Shown here: piece by piece, positions 1 to 10,478 of the stretch
How the letters are laid out: every line of letters starts with the position of its first letter
Position numbering within the stretch: the stretch's first letter is position 1
Assembly: GCA_934162425.1 (NCBI GenBank)
Contig: CAKPIS010000007.1
Coordinates: 1,128-65,127, forward strand
Direction of reading: 5' to 3'
DNA length: 64,000 nucleotides
DNA from: an uncultured Bacilli bacterium
GTDB taxonomy: Bacteria; Bacillota_I; Bacilli_A; RF39; UBA660
Translations under genes and position numbers: made by a program
The notes under the pieces: model-generated
The model's database searches: none
Told to the model about the DNA's origin: nothing
What the model saw: the letters and a program-made list of their open reading frames with translations, nothing else

Positions 1-227
1 ACAACTAAATCTGATGTTTCATTTATGGAATTCATATCATTAAAAAGTTTAATTATTTTTTTATTGTTAAGAGATACATCACCAGTTATTTTTTCAACAG
101 AAGTATTACTAGAATTATTAATATTTTTTTTATAATAATAAATTATTAGTGCGATAAAGCCCACTATAAATATAAAAACAAGCAATTTTATAATGAGCTT
201 AAGAATATTTTTGTTATTTTCGTTCAT
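1..227 (-). CDS. hypothetical membrane-anchored protein, N-terminal part only (ORF runs off the left edge)
   Basis: Own minus-strand reading: ATG at 227-225, MNENNKNILKLIIKLLVFIFIVGFIALIIYYY... with one hydrophobic helix, open to position 1. Confidence 0.35.
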   Translation of the reverse strand, partial: MNENNKNILKLIIKLLVFIFIVGFIALIIYYYKKNINNSSNTSVEKITGDVSLNNKKIIKLFNDMNSINETSDLV

Positions 228-449
228 ATTATGTTTTCCTTTCGATATTACTTACTTTATATTATAATATTTTTCTCTTACTTTCGTTAATAAAAACTTC
301 TAATAGTTTTTTCATTTTATTGTCTTTTGTATATTAATCATACTATTTTATCATCTCATCAATTATTTTTTCTTACAATACCATTTTCAAAATATAAACT
401 ACATTCATTGTTTTATTTATATTTATTAAATTACTTATTATTTTAATTG

Positions 450-701
450 CTATAACATATTTTCTAAATTATCAGGAATTTTATCTCCAACAACAGCCTT
501 TACAATCCTATCTGATTGCTCTTTAGTTACAGATTTACCAGTTAGATTAGATAATTCACTAATAACATCTCTTATGGTATTTTCATCCTTTAAATTATCT
601 CCCTTTAATTTGTTAGCTAAATCTAAAATCGATTGTTTACTAACGTTAGTTTTTCTTTCCACCTTATTAAGAAAACTTTCGGTTATTCGCATATTAATCA
701 C
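450..701 (-). CDS. stage VI sporulation protein F (SpoVIF/YjcC)-like small protein
   Basis: 83 aa; FLNKVERKTNV...NLKDENTIRDVI...KEQSDRIVKAV resembles the SpoVIF family pattern (..KKTGV..NFKDENTVR..) from memory. Confidence 0.6.
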   Translation of the reverse strand: MINMRITESFLNKVERKTNVSKQSILDLANKLKGDNLKDENTIRDVISELSNLTGKSVTKEQSDRIVKAVVGDKIPDNLENML

Positions 702-731
702 TCCTAAAATATTATATGAGTAATTAATAAA

Positions 732-2162
732 TTAGTTATTATTTCTTTCTTTAATTGCCTTTTTAGCTTCTTCTATATCATTAAAATAAATCACTTTATC
801 CTTTAGTTTTTCATAGTTTTCATTACCTTTACCTAATATTAAAACAATATCTTTTTCACCAGCTAAATCAATGCCTCTTTTTATAGCATCATGTCTATCT
901 AATACTATTTCATAATTATCATATTTACCCTTAACATCTCTAATCATCATATCAATTATATCTTTAGGATCTTCACTTCTAGGATCTTCATACGTAAAGA
1001 TAACATATGATGCACTATCAACTAATGTTTTACCCATAATAGGTCTTTTTAAAAAGTCTCTTTCTCCTGCAACACCTTGAACTACTATAGATCTATTTAT
1101 ATCCAAAGTATGAACAAATTTAAGTAAGCTTTCTATACCATTAGGAGTATGTGCATAGTCTACCATAACATAATAATTACTATTCGTATTTATCATTTCC
1201 ATTCTTCCAGAAATAGAAACATCTTTAATTCTTTTTTCTATATCAGAAAATGAAACTCCATAATTTATAGCAACCAAAATAGCCGCTGCTAAATTATATA
1301 CATTAAAATCACCTAGTAAAGGACTTTCTATTTTTAACTCTTTATCATTATATCTATAAACTATATTAGTTAAATTAGGTTTAACCTCGTAAGATACTAT
1401 TTGAAAAGTACTATCATTTTTTCCATATGTATAAATATCATTTGCATTAGAACAATCTTTCATATAGCTATAATGTGCATCATCTTTATTTAAAACAGAA
1501 AAACCATCATTTTTTGTTTGTTTAAATAATTTACCCTTACAACTTAAATAATTTTCAAAAGTTTTATGTATATTTAAATGCTCACTAGTTACATTTGTAA
1601 GTACTGATGAATCAAATACTAGATCAGCTAATCTTCCTCTAAAAAACGCTTCACTTGATGCTTCCATAACTACATATTTACAGCTAGCTAAAACAAATTC
1701 ATTAAAATATTTATATAATTTATCAGCATCAGGAGTAGTATTACTAGTTTCTAAATTAAATTTTGCACAACTTCTACCATTAGTTCCAATATATCCACAA
1801 TTTTCTTTTCCTAAAAGAGTTTGTATAATAGTTGAAACAGACGTTTTACCATCAGTACCAGTAACACCAATAATAGTTAATTTATCTTGCGGATTATCAT
1901 AAAATCTTGCACATAAAAGTGGTAATTCCTTATTAGTATTACTAACTTTAATAATAGGCACATTTTTTTCTCCAACATCTTTAGATACTACTATAGCAGC
2001 TGCACCATTTTTTATAGCATCATCTATAAAATCATGTCTATCTGCATTAACTCCCATAGTGCATATAAAAAGATCCCCTTCTTTAACTTCTTTAGAGTTT
2101 ATTTTTATATCATTTATAACTACATTACTATCTACATTATATAATTCATTTAACTTCTTCAT
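732..2162 (-). CDS. murE: UDP-N-acetylmuramoyl-L-alanyl-D-glutamate--diamino acid ligase (MurE)
   Basis: 476 aa; Mur ligase P-loop GVTGTDGKTS, DRHDF near N-terminus, C-terminal EDPRSEDP (DNPR-like) motif. Confidence 0.85.
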   Translation of the reverse strand: MKKLNELYNVDSNVVINDIKINSKEVKEGDLFICTMGVNADRHDFIDDAIKNGAAAIVVSKDVGEKNVPIIKVSNTNKELPLLCARFYDNPQDKLTIIGVTGTDGKTSVSTIIQTLLGKENCGYIGTNGRSCAKFNLETSNTTPDADKLYKYFNEFVLASCKYVVMEASSEAFFRGRLADLVFDSSVLTNVTSEHLNIHKTFENYLSCKGKLFKQTKNDGFSVLNKDDAHYSYMKDCSNANDIYTYGKNDSTFQIVSYEVKPNLTNIVYRYNDKELKIESPLLGDFNVYNLAAAILVAINYGVSFSDIEKRIKDVSISGRMEMINTNSNYYVMVDYAHTPNGIESLLKFVHTLDINRSIVVQGVAGERDFLKRPIMGKTLVDSASYVIFTYEDPRSEDPKDIIDMMIRDVKGKYDNYEIVLDRHDAIKRGIDLAGEKDIVLILGKGNENYEKLKDKVIYFNDIEEAKKAIKERNNN

Positions 2163-2330
2163 AATACCTCCATCATATATCTATATTATAAACCAAAATA
2201 ATTAAATTTAACAACATATAAAATAAAAAAAGCTATTTAACTTTATTTATCAAAATTATTTTTTATAATGTTTCCTTTCTTAGAAAAAAGCCATAATCTA
2301 TTTCTTTATCATATAATTTTTCTTTATATT

Positions 2331-2364
2331 AAAAAAGTACTTTTTCTTTGATTTAAGTACTTTT
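2331..2364 (-). terminator. putative rho-independent terminator downstream of der
   Basis: 8-bp arms AAAAGTAC / GTACTTTT (2333-2340, 2357-2364) followed by a U-run on the minus strand. Confidence 0.4.
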
Positions 2365-2421
2365 AAAGTTAAAGGTATTTTATAACTACCATTTTTTCTT
2401 TTATAATAACTTATTTCATTA

Positions 2422-3735
2422 TTACTCATCTCTATTTTTAAATTGAAATACTATAGGTGTCCCTTCAAAATCAAAACTTTCTCTTATTTTATTTTCTAAA
2501 TATCTTTCATAAGAGAAATGCACTAATCCTTTATTATTTACGTTAAATGTAAACTTAGGTGGTTTAACACCAGTTTGTGCAGTAAATAATATCTTAAGTC
2601 TTCTACCCTTATATGATGGAGGAGCTTTTAATGCTACAGCATCTGTTATCACATCATTTAGTACACTTGTTTTAATTTCTTTTCTAGAATTATTATAAAC
2701 TTTAATTACTTCAGGCATAAGTAGGTGAAGTCTCTTTTTAGTTTTAGCCGATAAAAACACTATTGGTACATAACTTAAAAATTGAAATTCGGCTCTAACC
2801 TTCTTAGTAAATTCCTTTATATCCTTATTTTTATCATCTACAGTATCCCATTTATTTACAACAAGAACCATAGCCTTTCCAGCTTCTAGTGCATAACTTG
2901 CTATATGTTTATCATGCTCTATTATGCCTTCTTCTGCATTTATAACAACTAAACAAACATCGCTTCTATCTATTGCTTTCATACTACGAAGAAGACTATA
3001 TTTTTCTATATTTTCATATACTCTTCCTTTTTTTCTCATACCAGCTGTATCAATAACAACAAACTTTTCTTTATCATAAGTAAACTCTGTATCAACAGTA
3101 TCACGAGTAGTACCAGCTACATCACTTACTATTACTCTATCTTCATTTAATATGGCATTAACTAGTGAAGACTTACCGACATTTGGTCTTCCAATTACGC
3201 AAAACTTTAATACATCACTACTATAATCTTCTTCTGTAAACTCATTAAATCCACTAGTTACTTCATCCATTAAATCATTAATACCTATATTATGAGATCC
3301 CGAAATTGGTATGTAATAATCAAATCCTAGTTCATAAAAATCATACATATTCTCTAACGTTTTCTTATTATCAACTTTATTTATAGCAACTACTACCTTT
3401 TTATTACTTTTTCTTAATATATCTCTTACTACATAATCATTTGTAGTTAATCCTTCTTTACCATCAACAATAAATATAACAACATCAGCTTCATTTATAG
3501 CAAGAGTAGCTTGCATTTTAATTTCTTTATTAAATGCATCTTCTCCTATATCAATACCACCAGTATCAATAACATTAAACTTATAATTATAATATGTACC
3601 AGTTCCATAAATTCTATCTCTAGTAACACCAGGGGTATCTTCAATAATAGCTTGTTTTCTACCAACTAATCTATTAAATATAGTAGATTTACCAACGTTT
3701 GGTCTTCCAACTAATGCTATAGTAGGTATTTTCAT
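2422..3735 (-). CDS. der: ribosome-associated GTPase Der/EngA (two GTPase domains)
   Basis: Two G1 motifs GRPNVGKS (aa ~13 and ~185), DTGG/DTAG, NKVD/NKWD, KH-like C-terminus; start moved to the ATG preceded by GAGGTGA. Confidence 0.9.
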   Translation of the reverse strand: MKIPTIALVGRPNVGKSTIFNRLVGRKQAIIEDTPGVTRDRIYGTGTYYNYKFNVIDTGGIDIGEDAFNKEIKMQATLAINEADVVIFIVDGKEGLTTNDYVVRDILRKSNKKVVVAINKVDNKKTLENMYDFYELGFDYYIPISGSHNIGINDLMDEVTSGFNEFTEEDYSSDVLKFCVIGRPNVGKSSLVNAILNEDRVIVSDVAGTTRDTVDTEFTYDKEKFVVIDTAGMRKKGRVYENIEKYSLLRSMKAIDRSDVCLVVINAEEGIIEHDKHIASYALEAGKAMVLVVNKWDTVDDKNKDIKEFTKKVRAEFQFLSYVPIVFLSAKTKKRLHLLMPEVIKVYNNSRKEIKTSVLNDVITDAVALKAPPSYKGRRLKILFTAQTGVKPPKFTFNVNNKGLVHFSYERYLENKIRESFDFEGTPIVFQFKNRDE

Positions 3736-3794
3736 ACTAATCACCTCAACTTCGTTTATAAATTATAACATAATTTTATAAAAAAAAGAAGTAC

Positions 3795-4391
3795 TTAAGA
3801 AACTAGTCCGTATACTTCCTTTTCTATCATATTTTGTATTTCTTTTTTTCCTAACTTAGTCTTAGATGAGAATAAAACTAATTCATCTCCTAATGCTAAA
3901 TCTATATTATCAGTAATTTGTTTTTTACACTTATCTCTTTGTGTAGTTCCAACTTTATCTACTTTTGTTGCAACTAATATAACTTTAACTCCGTGAAATT
4001 TAAGGAAATTATACATAAGTAAATCATCTTCGGTTGGCTTATGTCTAAAATCAACAAGCATAAATACCCATTTTAATTCTTTTCTTTCTGATAGATATTC
4101 TTCTATCATCATACCAAATTTCTTTTGTTTATTGTGGCTTACACTAGCATATCCGTATCCAGGAACATCTACTAAGTAAAATGCATCATTTACCTTATAA
4201 AAGTTTATTGTCTGAGTCTTACCAGGTTTACCAGATATTCTTGCAAAGTCTCTTCTTTCCATAATAGAATTAGTAAAACTTGATTTACCAACATTACTTC
4301 TACCTATAAGTAAGAACTCTGGTTTGTTATCTGTTGGATACTGACTTCTTCTTACCGCAATATTAGATAATTCGGTCTTTGAAATTTTCAT
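3795..4391 (-). CDS. engB: ribosome biogenesis GTP-binding protein EngB/YsxC
   Basis: 198 aa; GRSNVGKSS, DVPGYGYA, TKVDK motifs; adjacent to der. Confidence 0.85.
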   Translation of the reverse strand: MKISKTELSNIAVRRSQYPTDNKPEFLLIGRSNVGKSSFTNSIMERRDFARISGKPGKTQTINFYKVNDAFYLVDVPGYGYASVSHNKQKKFGMMIEEYLSERKELKWVFMLVDFRHKPTEDDLLMYNFLKFHGVKVILVATKVDKVGTTQRDKCKKQITDNIDLALGDELVLFSSKTKLGKKEIQNMIEKEVYGLVS

Positions 4392-4497
4392 ATGTTAATC
4401 ACCTTCATTATTATGTTACAAAAATGTTTTAATATAACACTTCGTGCAAAAGTATTATAACAAAGTTATTAATAAAATGCAAATTAGCCATATATAT

Positions 4498-5442
4498 TTA
4501 ATTATTAATAGCTATTTCAGCTATTTTTTTAGCATCATCAAAAGTTTTACATGCACATATAAATAGTCCTTTATGACAAAAAGTAATAGTATTAACACCA
4601 CTTACCTTTTGTAATTCTTCTCCTTCAAGTCCTGCCCAAGATGCTGGAAATGGCTTTTTAACGTCAAAACTATTTATACTACTTGGTGTTGCAACTACGT
4701 TATATCCTCCTCTTTTAGATGGAAAAATAGCATATAATATATCTTTTGCTTTAGGATTTGCAGAAGATAAAACTATATCTTGCCATGGCATATATCTATC
4801 TAAAATTAACACTCCATTACTACTTAAATTAATCTTTTCTTCAACTATTGTTCTAGCTTTTTCTTTTGCAACCATCTTAGATATAAAATTATTAAATATA
4901 GTATTTAAAAATAAAACAGCATCTAAAAATCTTTCACTTTCTTTATCATTTTCATACCAAACAGGATTAAAACTACTTATTAAAGATGGTATACTTTGAT
5001 ATTTTACTGGTATATTAACATTTAAACTTTGTCCATTATCATCTCTATCTATATCCATGATTAAATTCTTATCTACTGAATTTTTAAATGAATCTATGTT
5101 ATCTACCTCTAGTTTTTTTATAACATCATAACCAAATTCATTCCATATAAGACCACATGAAGCATATTTTATACCATTATCACGATGCTTATCAAAATCA
5201 TTACCATGATGATCATATTTACCAAAACCAATATCATAAATAAATTTATCTTTCATACTATCATCTACTTTATTAGTTCTATATAATTTAATACTGCCAA
5301 ATTTATTTAATAGTATTACACTAGCCATAATTTCATCAGCATGAAACGTACCACTATGTGTAATAAATGATGCATCTTCTTTATTTTCTACTAATTCTAT
5401 TACAACTTCTTCATTATATATATTCTTTAATACTTTCTTCAT
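4498..5442 (-). CDS. MYG1/UPF0160 family metal-dependent hydrolase
   Basis: HSGTFHADE motif near the N-terminus, size ~314 aa; start set at the ATG after GGTGA. Confidence 0.7.
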   Translation of the reverse strand: MKKVLKNIYNEEVVIELVENKEDASFITHSGTFHADEIMASVILLNKFGSIKLYRTNKVDDSMKDKFIYDIGFGKYDHHGNDFDKHRDNGIKYASCGLIWNEFGYDVIKKLEVDNIDSFKNSVDKNLIMDIDRDDNGQSLNVNIPVKYQSIPSLISSFNPVWYENDKESERFLDAVLFLNTIFNNFISKMVAKEKARTIVEEKINLSSNGVLILDRYMPWQDIVLSSANPKAKDILYAIFPSKRGGYNVVATPSSINSFDVKKPFPASWAGLEGEELQKVSGVNTITFCHKGLFICACKTFDDAKKIAEIAINN

Positions 5443-5451
5443 AACTATCAC

Positions 5452-5730
5452 CTATTTATTTGTATTATTATAATAATTTAATTCTGATAATTTTCTTGAC
5501 ACTTCATCTAAATCATCAATATCTACTTCATAATTTAATATTTCTTCTATATCAAATATTAAATTATTTAAAGAGCTATATTTACTATAATCTATATCAT
5601 ATCTTTTTAATACTTCTATATCATTATCACTTAAATATATACCATTACCTCTATTTTTAATAAAGGATTTATCTTCATATACATCTTTAACTAATTTTTC
5701 TATATCTAGATTTTTATTATTAACTATCAA
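5452..5730 (-). CDS. hypothetical acidic protein
   Basis: 92-aa ORF abutting the downstream gene; no recognisable motif. Confidence 0.4.
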   Translation of the reverse strand: MIVNNKNLDIEKLVKDVYEDKSFIKNRGNGIYLSDNDIEVLKRYDIDYSKYSSLNNLIFDIEEILNYEVDIDDLDEVSRKLSELNYYNNTNK

Positions 5731-5740
5731 CTAAATCACC

Positions 5741-5799
5741 TTTTATATCATAACATAATTATCAAAAAAAGGACACTTTTGTATCCTAATTATTTTCTT
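5741..5799. repeat. 59-bp perfect direct repeat, copy A (contains a terminator hairpin)
   Basis: Identical to 6241-6299: TTTTATATCATAACATAATTATCAAAAAAAGGACACTTTTGTATCCTAATTATTTTCTT; spacing exactly 500 bp. Confidence 0.95.
5764..5787 (-). terminator. rho-independent terminator (copy inside repeat A)
   Basis: Minus strand AGGATAC-AAAA-GTGTCCT followed by U7; lies downstream of the 136-aa ORF. Confidence 0.55.
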
Positions 5800-5814
5800 T
5801 TGCATATTTTCATC

Positions 5815-6225
5815 TTAACTTACTATATAATGTATTATTTCTTCATCACTTTTTTTAGTGCCATCATAATTATAATAAATTAGTACAGTTTCAATTGCTA
5901 ATTTAAGCATCAACATATAAAGTATAAGTTCACGTCCATAACTGGTGTTTTTATATTTATTTATATATGTATCAGTTTTTCTTCTCATTTCCTTATCAAT
6001 TGGGATAATATTGTAATTAAATTTTTTTACTTTTTGTGTGAATGTATAAAATAATCCACAGTAATATTCATCTGTCATTTCAAGATTAAGTTCATAAATT
6101 GCCCTAGGAGTTTTTCTTTCATTTATACTTCTTACAAGATTTAAATCTGCCTCATATCTTCTTTTTAAAAAAAACTTTTCTTCATTTTTATCCATAAAAA
6201 TATTTATCCTTTCATTATTATACAA
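5815..6225 (-). CDS. hypothetical protein (single-gene cassette between the 59-bp repeats)
   Basis: 136-aa ORF, no recognisable motif. Confidence 0.4.
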   Translation of the reverse strand: MYNNERINIFMDKNEEKFFLKRRYEADLNLVRSINERKTPRAIYELNLEMTDEYYCGLFYTFTQKVKKFNYNIIPIDKEMRRKTDTYINKYKNTSYGRELILYMLMLKLAIETVLIYYNYDGTKKSDEEIIHYIVS

Positions 6226-6240
6226 ACTTAACGATTCGTT

Positions 6241-6299
6241 TTTTATATCATAACATAATTATCAAAAAAAGGACACTTTTGTATCCTAATTATTTTCTT
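6241..6299. repeat. 59-bp perfect direct repeat, copy B (overlaps the last codons and terminator of nrnA)
   Basis: Identical to 5741-5799. Confidence 0.95.
6264..6287 (-). terminator. rho-independent terminator of nrnA (copy inside repeat B)
   Basis: Same hairpin plus U7 as at 5764-5787. Confidence 0.55.
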
Positions 6300-7242
6300 C
6301 AATATTATATGTTTTACACATATTATTTAATTTTTCTATTATTTCATCAGCTTCACTAAATGAATTTAACTTAGCACCACAAGCATACATATGACCTCCA
6401 CCGTTATATTGTTCAAATAACTTATTAATAATAGGTCCTCTTGATCTCGCATATGCTCTAATTACATTATTTTTAACATCTTCAACAAATACAGTCCAAA
6501 CAATTAAATTATTAATATAATTATAATTATTCATTATTCCACCAATACTAGCTGAATCAACTTTATATTTTTTTAAATCATCTTTAGTAATTTTTATGCT
6601 TCCAACACCATCTTTTGTAATATTCATATTAAGAGAAATAAAGCCTTCTAACCTAACTTCACTAATATCTCTTCTATATAATTTACTATATAAACTGCTA
6701 GTATCTATATTATTTTCTCCAACTAATCTAGATACTATTTTATATGTATTTGGTGATGTAACTCCAAATAAGAATCTATTTGTATCAGCAATAATTCCTA
6801 AAAACAAGCACTGACTAGCATGTTTTGGAATTTTTAAATTAAATTCATAAGCTAGTGATGCTATTATTTCACAAGTACTAGATGCATTTTCATTTACTAT
6901 ATCGTATTTAGAAAATTCATCTATCTTAGGATGATGATCTATTTTTATTTTCTCTTTAAACTTATAAAAGTTAGCTGAGTCAATTCTTTTAATATCTGGT
7001 ATATCAAGTGCTATTAAAAGTGAAGATGAGCTCTCTTCTTCTGTAACTTTATCATGATGACCAAAAAACTTAAATTTAGAAATAGGAGATCCTACAACTT
7101 TTACATTTTTACCTTCAAAATTACTTTCTATTATTTCTTTTAATGCAAATGTAGAACCAAGTGCATCTGGATCTCCTCCAATATGTCTTGCAATTACTAT
7201 GTTATCGTACTTTTTTATTAAATCTAATAATTTATTTTGCAT
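6286..7242 (-). CDS. nrnA: DHH/DHHA1 family bifunctional oligoribonuclease / pAp phosphatase (NrnA-like)
   Basis: 318 aa; HIGGDPDALGS, DHH, C-terminal GGGH motifs. Confidence 0.75.
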   Translation of the reverse strand: MQNKLLDLIKKYDNIVIARHIGGDPDALGSTFALKEIIESNFEGKNVKVVGSPISKFKFFGHHDKVTEEESSSSLLIALDIPDIKRIDSANFYKFKEKIKIDHHPKIDEFSKYDIVNENASSTCEIIASLAYEFNLKIPKHASQCLFLGIIADTNRFLFGVTSPNTYKIVSRLVGENNIDTSSLYSKLYRRDISEVRLEGFISLNMNITKDGVGSIKITKDDLKKYKVDSASIGGIMNNYNYINNLIVWTVFVEDVKNNVIRAYARSRGPIINKLFEQYNGGGHMYACGAKLNSFSEADEIIEKLNNMCKTYNIEENN

Positions 7243-7253
7243 TATACTATTCC

Positions 7254-8429
7254 TTATACTAATTCATAAGTATCTTTAGCTATCATAAGTTCTTCATCAG
7301 TTGGAATTATATAACATTTTATAGATGAATCTTCAGTAGAAATTAATCTTTCTTTTCCTCTTACGTTATTAGCTTCACTATCTAATTTAACCCCAAGAGA
7401 AGATAAACCGTTTATTATATCACGTCTTGTATCTTTAGAATTTTCCCCAATACCAGCAGTAAAGCATATAGCATCGCAACCATTCATTTCAACATAATAT
7501 TTAGCTATGTAATCTATTATTCTTCTAACATACATCTTTTGTGCTAAAATACAATTTTCATCACCAGATGCTATACCATCTTCTATATCTCTAGAATCAG
7601 CACTTTTTTTACTTAATGCTAAAAGTCCACTTTCTTTATTAATCATAGTATCTATTTCTTTAGGACTCATATTAGTTTTTTCCATTATATAAGGAATAAT
7701 ACTAGCATCTATATCTCCACATCTAGTACCCATAATTAAACCAGCATTAGGAGTAAGTCCCATAGATGTATTTAAACATTTTCCATTTACTATTGCACTA
7801 ATAGATGCACCATTACCAATATGACAAGTAATTAGTTTAGTGTCTTTCTTACCAAGCAACTCATTAAGTCTCATAGAAACATACTTATGAGATGTACCAT
7901 GAGCACCATAACGTCTTACTTTATAATCTGTATATAAGTTATATGGAAGAGCATATAAATAATTTTCTTTAGGCATAGTTTGATGAAAAGCTGTATCAAA
8001 AACAGCTGTTTGAACTGCACCAGGAAATACTTCCATAGCAGCTTTAATACCTTTTGCTGCAGCTGGATTGTGAAGTGGTGCAAGTGATGATAATTCCTCT
8101 ATCTTAGATAAAACATCTTCATTGATTATAACAGTCTTATCAAAGTAATCCCCACCTTGAACTATTCTATGTCCAATCCCCTTAATTTCATCTAATGATT
8201 CAACTACATCATTTTCTTCTAATTCTTTTACTAAAGCTTCAAAAGCTTTTTCATGATTTTCTAAAAAAGTTTCTTTCTTTATTTTCTCACCATTTAACTT
8301 TATTGTGTAAAAACTTTTTTCATCTCCTATTCTTTCCATCAATCCAGAAATTAATACCTTTTCTTCTGGCATTTCATATAACTGGAACTTAAGAGATGAA
8401 GAACCAGCATTTACTGATAAAATTTTCAT
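7254..8429 (-). CDS. ackA: acetate kinase
   Basis: 391 aa; MKILSVNAGSSSLKF start, GHRIVQGG, full-length acetate/propionate kinase pattern. Confidence 0.9.
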   Translation of the reverse strand: MKILSVNAGSSSLKFQLYEMPEEKVLISGLMERIGDEKSFYTIKLNGEKIKKETFLENHEKAFEALVKELEENDVVESLDEIKGIGHRIVQGGDYFDKTVIINEDVLSKIEELSSLAPLHNPAAAKGIKAAMEVFPGAVQTAVFDTAFHQTMPKENYLYALPYNLYTDYKVRRYGAHGTSHKYVSMRLNELLGKKDTKLITCHIGNGASISAIVNGKCLNTSMGLTPNAGLIMGTRCGDIDASIIPYIMEKTNMSPKEIDTMINKESGLLALSKKSADSRDIEDGIASGDENCILAQKMYVRRIIDYIAKYYVEMNGCDAICFTAGIGENSKDTRRDIINGLSSLGVKLDSEANNVRGKERLISTEDSSIKCYIIPTDEELMIAKDTYELV

Positions 8430-8523
8430 ATAATCACACTCCTAGGAATGATTGTACCATAATTTTTAAAGAATTAAAAGAAAAAAGGTAGCAAAAACTC
8501 ATGCTACCTTTTATATATATAAA

Positions 8524-8733
8524 CTACTTAGAAACGTTATATGATCCACCTAATTGTGATTCACCCATTTTAACTAAACGTTTTGTGATTTCACCACCAA
8601 CTGTACCATTTGCTCTTGAAGTAGCATCTGGACCTAAGTTAACACCAAATTCATTAGCTATTTCGTATTTCATTTGTTCAATAGCTTGTTTAGCTTGTGG
8701 AGCTACTAATCTGTTGCTGTTACTTGCTTTCAT
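8524..8733 (-). CDS. alpha/beta-type small acid-soluble spore protein
   Basis: 69 aa; ...[12 protein letters not shown].....[17 protein letters not shown]... is the canonical alpha/beta SASP signature. Confidence 0.9.
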   Translation of the reverse strand: MKASNSNRLVAPQAKQAIEQMKYEIANEFGVNLGPDATSRANGTVGGEITKRLVKMGESQLGGSYNVSK

Positions 8734-8757
8734 GTGTTTTCACCTCCTGTACACTAA

Positions 8758-8786
8758 TAGAATGTGAAAAACTAAAAATTTCATAC
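8758..8786 (-). promoter_or_regulatory. candidate forespore (sigma-G/sigma-F type) promoter of the SASP gene
   Basis: Minus strand GTATG (8786-8782), 17-nt spacer, CATTCTA (8764-8758). Fits GHATR-N17/18-CATXXTA; AGGAGG follows ~10 nt downstream. Confidence 0.45.
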
Positions 8787-8882
8787 AAAAATTCACATGG
8801 TAATTATTGTAAATTTTTTTATTTTAAAAAAAATAAAGGTATACATAAAGTATATCTTTATTATTAACCATATCAAGCTTTT

Positions 8883-9737
8883 TTATGCAGCTCTACCAAA
8901 TCCTCCAAAACCACCAAAATCATTATAATCATCATTTGATTTATTGTTAAAAGTATCATTAAAGTTATTGCTAAAATTATTAAAATCACTATTTGAGTTT
9001 GTATCTGGCAATGACTTTTCACCAGCACAAACAGACTCTAAATCAGAATATTTTTTCTTAAGATCATCATACTCTTCTAGTAATTTTCTATTTAATCCAT
9101 TATTTGCAACATTCTCTCCCCATTCATATAATTCATGTAAAAGATCAGTTGTTGCTTTCATAGGATAAACAACATGTGCATTTAAAGCATTTCTAACTTC
9201 GTTTGCAACTTCTTCACTTAATTTTTCAACATCACTAGTTGATTTAAATATCTTATTTTCTCCTTCTTGGACTTTATCAAATAAATTATTAGAACTTTGA
9301 TTATATAAATTATCATTTTGAACAGTATTAAAATTATTAAAACTATTAAAGTTATTAGCTGTTGGAATTTGATTAATAGCATTTAAACTTTCTGTTACAA
9401 CAGGCGTAGGTTCTGTGTTTATTTCTGGAGCTGATGGCATTTTAGAAGCGATAGGCTCTGCTGTAGGAGCAGGTGTTGGCGTATTTATAGTAGGAACTAT
9501 AAAATCAGGTGCAGTATTAGAAACAGGAATTTCTGGTAATGGTATATCTGGTGTTATTTTAACATCAGGAACAATTGGTTCATCTTTTACTATAGAAGTT
9601 ACTTCAGGTGATGCATCTAACGCTTTAGAAGATGCTTCTTTTACCTTTTCAGCAACCGATACATCGTTTAAAACAACAATTCCATCACCAACTTCAACAT
9701 TCAAACCATTTTTTATGTTTTCTTTCTTTTCGCTCAT
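8883..9737 (-). CDS. hypothetical low-complexity (Pro/Thr/Asn-rich) protein
   Basis: 284-aa ORF with strong RBS context; central PT-rich linker, Asn/Phe-rich tail; no known motif. Confidence 0.5.
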   Translation of the reverse strand: MSEKKENIKNGLNVEVGDGIVVLNDVSVAEKVKEASSKALDASPEVTSIVKDEPIVPDVKITPDIPLPEIPVSNTAPDFIVPTINTPTPAPTAEPIASKMPSAPEINTEPTPVVTESLNAINQIPTANNFNSFNNFNTVQNDNLYNQSSNNLFDKVQEGENKIFKSTSDVEKLSEEVANEVRNALNAHVVYPMKATTDLLHELYEWGENVANNGLNRKLLEEYDDLKKKYSDLESVCAGEKSLPDTNSNSDFNNFSNNFNDTFNNKSNDDYNDFGGFGGFGRAA

Positions 9738-9759
9738 AAGAAATCCTCCTACCTTACCA

Positions 9760-10128
9760 TTACTCTTTACTATTTAAAATTTGCTGTCCATCTTTAGCAA
9801 TTTTTCTCATAGCATCCTTTACCTTTATCCACTCATCACTATCAGTTATATTTTCTAATGAATACACTCCATCTTTATCATTTAATATAGCAACATATAA
9901 TTTAATCATATCATTTTCATCAACTTCATTAAAAGTATAAACTATATATTTTTTATCACTTTCATTTAACTTAAAAATAGATAGACGTTCAGCATCCTTT
10001 TTCGTACCACTATCATCTACTACAACAAATTTTTCTCTCTCATTAGTTTGTAATGCAGACATACCATTTGCAAAGCTTTGTCCGACATTAACTTTTTTAC
10101 CGCTGCCAATGCTACCTAAAGTTACCAT
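9760..10128 (-). CDS. hypothetical protein, possibly DUF1292-like
   Basis: 122 aa; ...FVVVDDSG...KKYIVYTF...ITDSDEW..V loosely matches the DUF1292 pattern. Confidence 0.35.
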   Translation of the reverse strand: MVTLGSIGSGKKVNVGQSFANGMSALQTNEREKFVVVDDSGTKKDAERLSIFKLNESDKKYIVYTFNEVDENDMIKLYVAILNDKDGVYSLENITDSDEWIKVKDAMRKIAKDGQQILNSKE

Positions 10129-10170
10129 AAAAACACCTCTTCTATTCTTATATACTTTATTTTAACACAC

Positions 10171-10446
10171 TTATTTTCTTTTTGCAACAAAATAAGCACA
10201 TTCAAAAGCACAATTTTCTTTTAAATATGTATCTAAATTATCTATATTATTAAAATCTTTACATTTTTTATTATTACTGTTATAAAATCCCTTTAATCTA
10301 AGCTTTCCATAAGCCCAATCACCAACAATATAATCAAAATCATTAAAATAATCTGTACATTTATTTAAAAATTCATCTTTATTATATCCATCTTTATAAT
10401 TTTTTATTATTTCAAAGGAATTATTTGCTAATTTTTCACTTTCCAT
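10171..10446 (-). CDS. YutD-like protein (DUF1027)
   Basis: 91 aa; DYIVGDWAYGKLRLKGFY and C-terminal CAFECAYFVAKR match the YutD pattern (DYIVGDWGYGQLRLKGF...CNFGCAYFVL). Confidence 0.65.
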   Translation of the reverse strand: MESEKLANNSFEIIKNYKDGYNKDEFLNKCTDYFNDFDYIVGDWAYGKLRLKGFYNSNNKKCKDFNNIDNLDTYLKENCAFECAYFVAKRK

Positions 10447-10478
10447 TTTTTAGCCTCCTCTAAAATTATATCAAATTT

